This document shows, one piece after another, positions 43,747-55,174 of a DNA stretch of 64,000 bases (its first letter is position 1; each line of letters opens with the position of its first letter). Position numbers and translations under genes: made by a program. This DNA comes from Histomonas meleagridis 2922-C6/04-290x (Eukaryota; Protista; Parabasalia): contig JAANOX010000278.1 in NCBI GenBank assembly GCA_020184695.1, forward strand, positions 186,001 to 250,000. The letters are read 5' to 3'. The notes under the pieces are model-generated. The model worked only from the letters and a program-made list of their open reading frames with translations. It did not search any database and had not been told where the DNA came from.

Positions 43747-44628
43747 ATGTCGTGGGATGGTTTGCTCCATTATAACGATCCAACATTTATAGAAACATCG
43801 TGTAGAATGCCAGTCCAAACATTTAAGCACAACAAGTTAGATGTTTGTATCAAATTTAGGCAGATTGGTGATCGAACATCAAAAGAAGCAGTTTTATTTT
43901 TCCCAAGCATATATGAAACGGAGGCATCTGCCTTTCGAATTGCACCTCTTTTTGAGAAGGAAAATCTTCGATTCATATCCATAAATACGTATAATCATGC
44001 GCAATTCACCGATCTCATGCGAACAATAAGACAGCTCTGCTTATACCTTCACTTAGAGAAGGTCCATCTTGTTGGCTGTGATTTAGGCGGATTCATCTGC
44101 CTTCAAATCCAAGCCTATCCACAATTTCCCGCAAAAATCGAGACGCTTACGCTCATAAACTCATACACAGAGAACTCATTTTTTATTCCACGTTCCATGT
44201 CATCATTTTCAGTCTTCGGCTATCTTATTGCCAAATCGAAGTTGGAGGAAGAGCTAGAGCAATCCGGCATTGGGTACGAGACCAAATCGTATGCGTTTGT
44301 ACACAAAGAAATCGAATACGCCGACAAAAAGAATGCCGCGCAAAAGATACAATTGCGAATGTCGCAATCTCTCCCGCTAAAGGTCAACGTCGACAAGCAA
44401 AGGATAATGTCAATCGAGCCTCTGGACCGAAAGCTGCAAATCATTACCCCTTTTATTTCATCGTCGACATTCTCTGATTGCAAAATCGCGCTGATGAAGA
44501 AGGGCGGAGACTTCCCGCACTTGGAGGAGCCCGAGGACTTGTTCACGTACTTGCTGTGCCACATACGCAAGTTCATGAACCAGGACGCAGATGCGCAGAA
44601 CCAGAACCAGGAAAATCAGGAAAACTGA
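43747..44628 (+). CDS. Maspardin (SPG21/ACP33)-like alpha/beta-hydrolase-fold protein
   Basis: VHLVGCDLGGFICLQ nucleophile elbow, LTLINSY and KKGGDFPHL. Confidence 0.75.
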   Translation: MSWDGLLHYNDPTFIETSCRMPVQTFKHNKLDVCIKFRQIGDRTSKEAVLFFPSIYETEASAFRIAPLFEKENLRFISINTYNHAQFTDLMRTIRQLCLYLHLEKVHLVGCDLGGFICLQIQAYPQFPAKIETLTLINSYTENSFFIPRSMSSFSVFGYLIAKSKLEEELEQSGIGYETKSYAFVHKEIEYADKKNAAQKIQLRMSQSLPLKVNVDKQRIMSIEPLDRKLQIITPFISSSTFSDCKIALMKKGGDFPHLEEPEDLFTYLLCHIRKFMNQDADAQNQNQENQEN

Positions 44629-45505
44629 AACAAGTCAACTTGGTTTTGCTTTGAACATTTAATAAAAAGATTTGATATTCAGAAACATTATATGGAAAAT
44701 GTGTTGTGGATTGGCTCCAAAATTATGATGAAATTTCACTTCTGTTCATTCATTCAGTGTTGTGTAAATATGATTTTGCAAAATTATTTCTTGAAGTTTT
44801 TCGTTTGAACAATTTCATTTTGAATTATATGAAAGTTCTTAATGTTTATCTTTGATTTGTATCTGAATTTGAAGAGAATTCTACGAGTGGTACAATGTTT
44901 ATTTCAATATTATGTTAAGTGTTGATGATGCTGTTTTAATGGGATACTTTAAATGTTTATATTCTTCTTCTTTGTTTTGTCGTGTTGTGCTTTCTTTTTG
45001 ACGAATTGGAATGTTATCAAATATTTTTATGATGTTTATATATCTGTGTCTTGTGAAAATGATTGGGCGTATTTAATATTTGGATCACTTTTGTTTCATG
45101 GATTTTCATCTGAGTTAATTCTCGTAATAATGGAAACATTGGATATCTTGAATATTATGTTTAATTTGTTGTTTGTACTAAACAGTGTTATAAATTTGCT
45201 TATTGTCTTTACAACATCGCAACCGAATAATACAAAGGTGAATGAATTGGAGCTGAAACAGGGAATTGGCTGCAAAAGCATTTTAGTTTGATGTAAAATA
45301 AAGTATTCAAATTTTCACAGTTCATCAACTTTTTAAAGTCAAACTGAACGTATCGTCCTATAGGACCTTGAAAGTTTCAGAGTTTAAATATTTTACAAAA
45401 GAAGAAATTTTAATTAAAATTCACACCAAAAAAAATACCATTAAAAATCTTAATTACTTTTATTTGTTAAAATTTAATCTTTTTTATTTTTAGATTAAAA
45501 TCTCT

Positions 45506-47617
45506 TTATTGTATTAACCATTGATCTTCATCATGTTGTATTGCATTGTTAAATTCATCATTAATATGTATGGTTTGCTTTTCATCGTCTGATGAAGACT
45601 CAGAAAGGATTTCAGTAGTTTTGCTTGGGATTTTCTTACTTCTTCGAATTGTAAAAATTATTATTCCAATGATCAATAAAACAGCTATAATTGAACCACA
45701 GATAATGCCTATTAATGCATTAGTTGAAATCTTTTTAGTTGGCTGAGATTGAGTTTGATAATATGTAAACATTATCAAAGAATAATCTAGGTTATAGAAA
45801 GAATACTGAATAATTGTGTATTCATAATGTATTATTTCTGTAGAAATATAAGAGTAACATGTATTATATAATGTAAGTAATAAGGAATTTGTTAAATACA
45901 TTGTGTAAACAGAATATGATTGTGTTAAATATATATAATATGTTAATGTATATGAATATAAATTAGTTATTATTGTGTCATCAAAAGCATTATCTTCGAT
46001 AATTGGTGTTATATAACCTAAAAAGTAAATACATGTGAGATTACTGCATTGTGCAAATGCTGAATCCCCAATAGAATTTACATTTTGGCCAATAATAATT
46101 GTTCTTAATGATGAACAATTCTGAAATGTATTAGATCCAATTGTTTTCACTGAATCAGGAATTGTGATATTTATTAATGACAAACAGTTAGAAAATGCTG
46201 AAATTCCAATAAAATTTACATTTTGGCCAATAATAATTGTTCTTAATGATGAACAATATTGAAATGCACCAGATTCAATCCTTGTTAATGAATCAGGAAT
46301 TGTGATATTTATTATTGATGAACATTTAGAAAATGCTGAAGCTCCAATAGAATTCACTTTTTACCAAAGATAACATTTTCTAAATTAATACATTCTTCAA
46401 AAGAATATGCTCCAATTGTTGTTATATTTTCACCTATATAAACTATTTTTAATGTTGTCCATTGTTTAAATGCCGTGTTTCCAATTTTCATAAGTGAATC
46501 TGAAATTTTTATCGTGTCATTTGATCTTCCTAATGGATAATAAACAATTTCTGTATAATTCTTATCATAAAGAATTCCATCTTTTTCTGCATAATTTAAA
46601 TTATCTTTAGATACATTAATAAAATAAAGTTTAGTACAATTAGCAAAAACATTTTGTTGAATAGTATAAACTGATTTTGGAATTGTAATAATTTGTAATG
46701 AAATACATGAAAAAAATGCATATTCATTAATAGAACTTACATTTTCTCCAATATTAATATTTTCTAATTTAATACATGAAGAAAACGTATAACTTTGAAT
46801 TGATGTAACAAAATTTGGTATCGTTATATTGATTAATGAAGAACATGTTGAAAATGCATTACTTTCAATCGTTTCTACATTATTACCAATAGTAATATTA
46901 ATTAATTTAACACAATTAGAAAATGCATAACTTCCAATCGTTTCTACAGATTCACCCAATAAATACTGTTTCAAGACATTCACATTTTTCAAAAGCATTA
47001 GATTCAATTGATATAATTGCATTCTCGATATCAACAGAAATTAAAGAAGGCCATCCTGAAAATGAGTTGGAATTTATTGTATCAATTCCTCCTTGAATTA
47101 TAAGATATTTTGTATTCTGTTGATATGAATTTTTAGATGCATAATCATTTGAATTAATTATTGTAAATGTTTTAGTACTATCATCATACGTTGAAAATAT
47201 TTGTTGATAAAAGAAAACAAATAAAAATGGTAAAATTTTAAATTTAACTTTCTCTTTTGGAATAATTTGATAAATTAAATTCAATAAACAGTTTTTGAGC
47301 ATCAAAAACAATATAAAAAGGACTGCAAGAATAAATAAAATATTTGACAAAATTTTCTGGAAGAAGAAAGACAATAAATTTGAAGAATTTTGGTTAACAT
47401 GCTGAAAATCAGAACAAAATGAACCACTGATTTTTGGAAGAGATATAACAGATTTTCTAGTTTCAAATAAAATTTGAAGATAGAAATCATGTTTAGAAAG
47501 GATTTTAATTCTTTGAATCAATTCAATGTTATTTAACTGAGGTATTTTTAATACATTGGATACATTGCATGACATCGTGAAGACTAGAAACAGCATCCCA
47601 AAAAAAAGCATTAACAA
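45506..47617 (-). pseudogene. BspA-like LRR surface protein, copy 1, with +1 (about 46956) and -1 (about 46360) homopolymer frameshifts
   Basis: TpLRR repeats (IGxxAFxxCxxLxxITIP) in three consecutive ORFs. Compared with copy 2 it has an extra C (cccaa vs ccaa) and a missing T (T5 vs T6). TM and tail at the 3' end; true start uncertain. Confidence 0.85.
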
Positions 47618-50565
47618 TTTTTTTTACATAACCGAAACAGTTTGATTCAAAAGCTGATGTTAAAAAATTTTGACATTGAAATTTCCTTCACTCAACTTTC
47701 ATGTATTGAAAAGCTTTTCAATTTTTTTATGACAACCGTTCGGACTTCCTTCACTCTGGGAAGTCACTTACTTCCCAGGAACCAAGAAAACCAACTTTTT
47801 TACATATTGAAAAACTTCACCTATTAACGGAAAATGTTTTTGGTTTTTAAAAGAGTGTTCTTCAACATCCTTTTGAGATGATATTGGTTTAAAACAATCA
47901 TATCAGTTCAAAGGCGATATCATCTCTATAATTAGTTTTGGTTCATACAAAAATAAACTATGTTGAAAAACAGTAACTGTTGCTTTCTAAATAAAGTCAT
48001 TTAAAATTCATTTAATAAATGAACAAAATTAATACATTAGTGATTTATGATATTAATGGAATACATAGCTCCTTCCCGGTTCAAACTATTTGGTTCATCC
48101 CTTGGGGATGAATCAGAATGGTCATGTTAACATTTAACTGTTTATCAATACGAATCCCCTTGTTAATGGATAATGATCGCGACAAAATACTCCTTGGCTG
48201 TATTTTTGTATATTGAGTTTGTACAACTCATTTTTTCTTATTATCAACATATTTGAGTGCAAACAACCAGTCAGAAAATTGTTTGATGCTTAAGTGAAGA
48301 TTAAAGGTGTTTTAATGCCACTTTTTCCGATTATATTATAACCTGAATTTCTTTCATTTTGGTGCTCTTTTTCAAAAATTTTAACTAAGTCTCCAAACTC
48401 ATTTTGCTACGCAGAAAAAACATTTTGGTTTTAATAGATTCAAAGAGAGCAAAATATTTACAACTTCAAATATAAATTTGATCAATGTTATTATCTTCTT
48501 TGAAGTCTTTTGCAAATGGATCTTCATCAATATTTTTCATTGACAATACACCTGTGTTTATATTCGTTTCACCATTTTCGTCAAAACTTTTTGATATTTG
48601 TTCAATAGAATTATGTTTTTTGTTTTTAATTAGAATTAAAACCACAACAAGTAAAATAATAATAATAACAATTACAAACACAGTAACACCAATTATAATG
48701 TTATAATTTGGATTACCACCAATGTCATTATCTTCTATTGTATATAACATTATAAAGAAATTAGAATAAAAAGAAAAAACAGAAGGAAATATAATAATTG
48801 TATATTCATAATAAATAAATTCTGTGAAAATATATGTTTTGATTGAATTAATTTTTGAGAATATATAAGTTAAAGTAAAACAATTTTTTAGTGAATATGT
48901 TTGTGTAAATGAAATAAAATATGTTAAAGTGAAAGATTTTGAAAAACTTAATGAAAAATTGGATATAAATGATTTTGATTTTACAAATGTTTTCGATTTG
49001 GTGTCTGTAGTTGATTTGGTGTATGTATTTGATTGAGTGAATGTGTTTGTATATGTATTTGATTGAGTGAATGTATGTGTTGACCAAGGATATTGATCAC
49101 ATTCATCAATTGGCGTTCCTTTGGATATGTTAAGTTCTCCAAATGTTTCATTTTGATATAAATCGGATGTCATGACAAAATTAGTTACAATTTCATCAAA
49201 AGCATTATCTTCGATAATTGGTGTTATATAACCTAAAAAGTAAATACATGTGAGATTACTGCATTGTGCAAATGCTGAATCCCCAATAGAATTTACATTT
49301 TGGCCAATAATAATTGTTCTTAATGATGAACAATATTGAAATGCACCAGATTCAATCCTTGTTAATGAATCAGGAATTGTGATATTTATTATTGATGAAC
49401 ATTTAGAAAATGCTGAAGCTCCAATAGAATTCACTTTTTTACCAAAGATAACATTTTCTAAATTAATACATTCTTCAAAAGAATATGCTCCAATTGTTGT
49501 TATATTTTCACCTATATAAACTATTTTTAATGTTGTCCATTGTTTAAATGCCGTGTTTCCAATTTTCATAAGTGAATCTGAAATTTTTATTGTAATAATT
49601 TGTAATGAAATACATGAAAAAAATGCATATTCATTAATAGAACTTACATTTTCTCCAATATTAATATTTTCTAATTTAATACATGAAGAAAACGTATAAC
49701 TTTGAATTGATGTAACAAAATTTGGTATCGTTATATTGATTAATGAAGAACATGTTGAAAATGCATTACTTTCAATCGTTTCTACATTATTACCAATAGT
49801 AATATTAATTAATTTAACACAATTAGAAAATGCATAACTTCCAATCGTTTCTACAGATTCACCAATAAATACTGTTTCAAGACATTCACATTTTTCAAAA
49901 GCATTAGATTCAATTGATATAATTGCATTCTCGATATCAACAGAAATTAAAGAAGGCCATCCTGAAAATGAGTTGGAATTTATTGTATCAATTCCTCCTT
50001 GAATTATAAGATATTTTGTATTCTGTTGATATGAATTTTTAGATGCATAATCATTTGAATTAATTATTGTAAATGTTTTAGTACTATCATCATACGTTGA
50101 AAATATTTGTTGATAAAAGAAAACAAATAAAAATGGTAAAATTTTAAATTTAACTTTCTCTTTTGGAATAATTTGATAAATTAAATTCAATAAACAGTTT
50201 TTGAGCATCAAAAACACAATATAAAAAAAGGACTGCAAGAATAAATAAAATATTTGACAAAATTTTCTGGAAGAAGAAAGACAATAAATTTGAAGAATTT
50301 TGGTTAACATGCTGAAAAACAGAACAAAATGAAACAAAAATATTTGGAAGAGATATAAAAGATTTTTCTAGTTTCAAAATAAAAATTTGAAGATAGAAAT
50401 CATGTTTAGAAAGGATTTTAATTCTTTGAATCAATTCAATGTTATTTAACTGAGGTATTTTTAATACATTGGATACATTGCATGACATCGTGAAGACTAG
50501 AAACAGCATCCAAAAAAAAAGCATTAACAATTTTTTTACATAACCGAAACAGTTTGATTCAAAAG
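45979..50565. repeat. Tandem segmental duplication: about 45979-47653 and about 49190-50565
   Basis: Near-identical LRR-coding and upstream sequence, with sharp breakpoints at ...tcatcaaaagcattatc and ...tttgattcaaaag. Confidence 0.9.
48466..50337 (-). CDS. BspA-like LRR surface protein, copy 2 (true start uncertain, possibly MLKNC...)
   Basis: TpLRR repeats, TFTQSNTYT stalk, TM and DEDPFAKDF tail. Confidence 0.88.
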   Translation of the reverse strand: MFHFVLFFSMLTKILQIYCLSSSRKFCQIFYLFLQSFFYIVFLMLKNCLLNLIYQIIPKEKVKFKILPFLFVFFYQQIFSTYDDSTKTFTIINSNDYASKNSYQQNTKYLIIQGGIDTINSNSFSGWPSLISVDIENAIISIESNAFEKCECLETVFIGESVETIGSYAFSNCVKLINITIGNNVETIESNAFSTCSSLINITIPNFVTSIQSYTFSSCIKLENINIGENVSSINEYAFFSCISLQIITIKISDSLMKIGNTAFKQWTTLKIVYIGENITTIGAYSFEECINLENVIFGKKVNSIGASAFSKCSSIINITIPDSLTRIESGAFQYCSSLRTIIIGQNVNSIGDSAFAQCSNLTCIYFLGYITPIIEDNAFDEIVTNFVMTSDLYQNETFGELNISKGTPIDECDQYPWSTHTFTQSNTYTNTFTQSNTYTKSTTDTKSKTFVKSKSFISNFSLSFSKSFTLTYFISFTQTYSLKNCFTLTYIFSKINSIKTYIFTEFIYYEYTIIIFPSVFSFYSNFFIMLYTIEDNDIGGNPNYNIIIGVTVFVIVIIIILLVVVLILIKNKKHNSIEQISKSFDENGETNINTGVLSMKNIDEDPFAKDFKEDNNIDQIYI

Positions 50566-51217
50566 TCAGAAGTTCATATGAAATTTCAAATCAGAGAAAG
50601 CTTCTCAAATTTTCAATTAATTTAATTTTCAATAAACGATGACTGTAGTTGCTTCACTCTGTTAGAATTATTAAAATAATATGAAATTAATCAATGAAAT
50701 ATATGATATCAACATATGACACAAACAACATAATGTCAAAATAAATATTATTTCCCTTATAAAACATTTAATATTTAATCAACATAATTAGAATTATTCA
50801 TTTTTATAATTGAATATGATTATGAAAATTTTATTGATATAAATTTCTCATAAAAGTAAGTAAATCCCTATTGTTATAATGATATATACCTTCCTTGAAA
50901 TTTTTGGTTTCAGCATTTTCTGTTATTGTATTGGATATTGTTTTTCTTTATGTTTCTTATGAAGAGACCCATCATTCTTTGAAAGCTCCATATTTCACGA
51001 AACTTCCTTCTAACTTTCAACTACAACTTATTTTTTATGGAACTCTGGTACATAAATTATTTTTAGGAAATTGTGAGTTTCCAAATATTTCGATGGATTT
51101 TACCACAATTTATTGTACAATAACGACACCATTTTGTTCATACTAAAACGGATATTTAAAAAATTAAAAAATTCATGTGAATTATCTTTATTGTATTTAA
51201 TATCCATTTCCTTTTGC

Positions 51218-52738
51218 TTAATTTTGAAAGTTCTTGTTGGCCATTTCCCTAATTTCTCTCATTTTTTCTATATATTCATTAATATGATTATTAATAACAT
51301 CGAATTTTTCCTGATCACCTAATTGCATCCACTTTGTGAAAACAGTGTCATAATAATCCATTCTATCAAAACAAGGGAAATATGTTTGCATTGTTTCCTT
51401 CACAGGGTAAATGAATCTAAATCCACTTGGGATTCCCATTTCTTCAATAAAGTCTCTAATTATCACGAAGTCTGCAAAAACAGGTTGGATCCAAGGGTCC
51501 ACCCCAAATTCAGTAACGTCTTTCACTCGTGATTCGGTTACTGAACGATAGAACTCTTTTTCAATGAGCTCGATTTCAATGCATGGATGGCTTTCCCTCG
51601 GGTCGCAGTCTATGATTCTTGCCATACGTAATAAGTCTAAGTTAAGAGGATATTTCATTTCCTGATCAAGTTTTGAATCCATACCACTTAAAGATGGTGA
51701 AATGTTGATTTCAATCAAATGTGCATTTAAATCTGAATCAAGCATAATATCAATTCCATACATCTCATATGAAGTATGATGATGTGGAATAACTTGTTTG
51801 TGTTTTAGCTTGATTTCACACATTCCTGCAATAATAGTTGCAATTGAGATTCTTTCGAATTCTTTCATGAGCCTCGTTGGATCAATTCCTTGACTTCTGC
51901 AATACTGCATAAAGAAGCCAATCGACCATTTGGAGTTTTCTATTGACTCATGAACTCCATCGCTTCTAATGAATTCTTTGTCATCCTTATTAAGTGAAAA
52001 GTTGGTAAGATGCATGTGTTGGTCATCAGGAGATGAGTCGGGTTTGTATTCGTGTGTAGCAAAACGTGCCATTCCAGCAGAATGCATATAAATTCTGAGT
52101 GGTTCAATTGATGTGACTAATATATAAAGCCTTATATCAAACTTTCGCTTGGCTACAAGAAGTGGATTTCTAATGTAGTATTGAACAACACCTGGAGAGG
52201 TGGGAATGGTATCATGATTGGTTAATAGATGAATTCCTTTCCCTCGAGATGAAGCAGAAGGCTTAACTATCCATAAAGCATGACTTTCCCAAACTTTGTT
52301 AAGCTGTTCTTGATCACCTGGTAAGAGGTAACTTTCAGGATAAAAAGAAGCAAAATCACCAACACGTTCTCGCAGTTCTGACATACGCATGTTTAAGTTA
52401 TCTTTGCGGCCCATAAGAAAAGCACCTGCAAAATGATTGATCTTTTGCCAACATTGACATTTCTTGTATTCAGTCATTGTGTATTGGCGACCCCATGATG
52501 CATTCCATTGTGGGGCATTATCAGTAGGCGTGAATCCTGCATGACGAAATGTGGAACGCGTGAGGTTTGTGATAACTTTATTTACATAATACTTAATTTT
52601 GTGTTTTGGAATATTTCTTGGTTGATCTGGTGTTGGGACATTAACATAACTATACCCAAGTGGAATTGATTGAAATAATTGTCCTAGCTGATCAATAAAA
52701 GAATTTTGATTCGAATTCGTTTTATAAATTTGGTCTGA
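51218..52738 (-). CDS. Tubulin-tyrosine-ligase-like (TTLL4/5-type) polyglutamylase; frame extends 87 codons upstream of the first ATG (52477)
   Basis: KINHFAG..GRKD, WIVKPSASSRGKGI, RKFDIRLY, HLTNFS, YEMYGIDIMLD and LIEINISPS. Confidence 0.9.
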   Translation of the reverse strand, partial: SDQIYKTNSNQNSFIDQLGQLFQSIPLGYSYVNVPTPDQPRNIPKHKIKYYVNKVITNLTRSTFRHAGFTPTDNAPQWNASWGRQYTMTEYKKCQCWQKINHFAGAFLMGRKDNLNMRMSELRERVGDFASFYPESYLLPGDQEQLNKVWESHALWIVKPSASSRGKGIHLLTNHDTIPTSPGVVQYYIRNPLLVAKRKFDIRLYILVTSIEPLRIYMHSAGMARFATHEYKPDSSPDDQHMHLTNFSLNKDDKEFIRSDGVHESIENSKWSIGFFMQYCRSQGIDPTRLMKEFERISIATIIAGMCEIKLKHKQVIPHHHTSYEMYGIDIMLDSDLNAHLIEINISPSLSGMDSKLDQEMKYPLNLDLLRMARIIDCDPRESHPCIEIELIEKEFYRSVTESRVKDVTEFGVDPWIQPVFADFVIIRDFIEEMGIPSGFRFIYPVKETMQTYFPCFDRMDYYDTVFTKWMQLGDQEKFDVINNHINEYIEKMREIREMANKNFQN

Positions 52739-52842
52739 CTAACTTTTTGGGGCGCCCCACGATATGAGTAAAGTTCGCAAAACTTTGTGAAGTTTTAAAT
52801 TCATATTTCAAAAGTTTCCTTGTTGGTAAGATTTTGAAGCAA

Positions 52843-53796
52843 TTATTCATGTTCTTCTTCTTCGCCTCTTCGTGTAAATGTTTTTGCAACAATTCTTTTT
52901 TTTGGCATTTTCCACAATATTATATTTCCATCATCACCGGCAGTTGCAAAACTTTCACCGTTTGGTGACCAAGCACAAGAACAAGTATTAGCCTCATGCC
53001 CTTCTAGTGTATAAAGCATTTGACATAGTTCAAGGTCAAATATGTGTGACATGGGATCAAATCCAGTTGTCAAAATCATTGGTTTATTTGGGTGAAAACG
53101 AGCACAACAAGCTTTGGCGTTATGAACTTGGATAACTTGTTTTTCTGGAGAACGGATATCCCAAACAGAAAGGTGATCATCACTTGTTGCTACACACATA
53201 AGAGTTCCCGTATGATCATAATCGATACTAAGAATTGAAACTCTTTTATTGATCTTAAATGATTTGCTCCATAAAGATTCTTTTGGAGAATTAATATCCC
53301 AAATTGTAATAAGACCATTATCATCCCCAGCTGCAAATGTACTATTAACAGGATTGCTTTTGCACGTAGTTATTTGAAAGTTACTGGCGTGAAATGTGTT
53401 TATAAAATTCAAGTCATTTGCATTCCAAAGTTTAACTGTTTTATCATTTGAGGCAGTAAGAATGTGTCCGCTTGTTTTTAAGATATCTATTGAGTTTATT
53501 CTGCCAGAATGACATTTTTTATGAAAATTTGATTCTGTTTGGTTGAGATTCCATATAGAAACTTTTCCATCAGTTGAAGAAGCATAAATTTTTTCTCTGT
53601 CGTTTGAGTAAACACTACATGTTGGAGTAAAATTTTTGCATTGGTATATTAGTGGCCGATTTGAATTATTAATTCTATATGATAATATTCCTAATGAACG
53701 TGAAGATGCTAGCAGCATTGTATTATTTGGACTGAATTGAAGTGATGCTATATCTTTTCTTGGAGCAATGAATCGATTCTTAAAAGTTGGTTTCAT
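52843..53796 (-). CDS. WD40-repeat protein (POC1-like propeller only)
   Basis: About 7 WD repeats (LTASNDKTVKLWN, FATAGDDGNIILWK). Confidence 0.9.
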   Translation of the reverse strand: MKPTFKNRFIAPRKDIASLQFSPNNTMLLASSRSLGILSYRINNSNRPLIYQCKNFTPTCSVYSNDREKIYASSTDGKVSIWNLNQTESNFHKKCHSGRINSIDILKTSGHILTASNDKTVKLWNANDLNFINTFHASNFQITTCKSNPVNSTFAAGDDNGLITIWDINSPKESLWSKSFKINKRVSILSIDYDHTGTLMCVATSDDHLSVWDIRSPEKQVIQVHNAKACCARFHPNKPMILTTGFDPMSHIFDLELCQMLYTLEGHEANTCSCAWSPNGESFATAGDDGNIILWKMPKKRIVAKTFTRRGEEEEHE

Positions 53797-53930
53797 TTTC
53801 CATAGTACGTTAATATATTTAAACGGTTACCAAATTTTTAGATGATATAATAAAAATGAAGGTTGTGGGATTGTTTATTTAAAATTATTTATGTTAAAGC
53901 GAAACTTACCACAAGCCTATTCTTTGTTTG

Positions 53931-54749
53931 TTAAGCATAAATTAATGGGCCATAATCTTCGTTAATTTCCTCGATGTCAACAAAAGTTACTGGTACTTGA
54001 TCTTGGTTTACCATCTCTTCAGTACAGGGAGAATCACTTATAAATGTACCTTTTGTGCAAAACATTTGATATGCCTCTCTCGTTATTCTAAAATGAGTTA
54101 CAGGAGGGTAAAGCAATGCGTCTTCATCAAAGTTATTTGTGAAATATTTAACTGCTTTAGCATTCCTTTTTGCATTAATTTTTAAAATAAAATGAGATGC
54201 TTTATCGTGAAAAATGTATTGATTTTTAGAAACAATTGTGAAAGCTCTTGTTGTAACATAATCATCAAGTTTGTATAAATATGGATCTAATTCTTGGTTT
54301 TGTTCTTCATAATATAAAATTGTTGGCTCCTTTATTGTATATTTCAGCTTATCAAAACTTCTTTTAAACATATGAAAGTAACACCATAGGTTAGAAATTT
54401 CTCCTGTGTTTATGATGCTACTAAATTGTTGATAAACTACAGGAGAATGAAAATAATAAAAAATTGTGTTTGCATCTTCTGTTCTTACATAATCCAGCAC
54501 GTTTTCAGAAATTTCTTTAAGTGATACTTGAAAGAATATTTTCTGGAATAAAACATCCAGCCTCACTGATTCTTCACCTAAAATTGTATCAATTTCTTGA
54601 TAAGAACAATATTCATATTCCTCTTCTTGATCAGAATTGGGTATAATTAATTGGAATGTTTTTTCCTTTATAGAAGTATAATCTGGATAGAATCCATATA
54701 TATTATCAGATTGTAAACCATTTCTAAGTAAATAGATAAGGAAAAACAT
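53931..54749 (-). CDS. Putative secreted protein with a degenerate ADP-ribosyltransferase-like C-terminal domain
   Basis: Hydrophobic N-terminus; TTRAFTIVS and DEDALLYPPVTHFRIT resemble the ART F.STS and ExE.L.PP..F.V motifs. Confidence 0.4.
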   Translation of the reverse strand: MFFLIYLLRNGLQSDNIYGFYPDYTSIKEKTFQLIIPNSDQEEEYEYCSYQEIDTILGEESVRLDVLFQKIFFQVSLKEISENVLDYVRTEDANTIFYYFHSPVVYQQFSSIINTGEISNLWCYFHMFKRSFDKLKYTIKEPTILYYEEQNQELDPYLYKLDDYVTTRAFTIVSKNQYIFHDKASHFILKINAKRNAKAVKYFTNNFDEDALLYPPVTHFRITREAYQMFCTKGTFISDSPCTEEMVNQDQVPVTFVDIEEINEDYGPLIYA

Positions 54750-55174
54750 TTAAAAAAATAAATAGTTTAGAAAGTATAAAAAGTTTTAACATAAAAATGT
54801 ATCTTACATAAGAAAAAAGCAAATAATTAAATAATTTTATGATATTAAAGAAGTTAAACTTTATATTTGAACTTTCTTTACTGAGTTTGAAAATAATCAT
54901 TTTTGGTTAAATGTGGGAAGAATCTAAAAAGATGATGAATACACTCAAAAATAATAAAAATTAACATAAAGATAATTTTAGATTTTTTCATAAACTCTAT
55001 TATATAAACTCCAACAAAATTTATGTAGATAATTATCAAAGTGAATTACATTATATTTCTTATTTTTTTGTATTATAATTTTTTAATTCATTTTATTGAC
55101 ATAACAAAACATAAATTAAAATTTTCAAAAATAAATAACAATACAAAACAAATTTTAATAATAAAATGTTAAAG

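Noticed and set aside
47830-48460. Short GC-richer stretch between the BspA copies as a gene
   Set aside because: Only short stop-interrupted frames with no recognisable motif.
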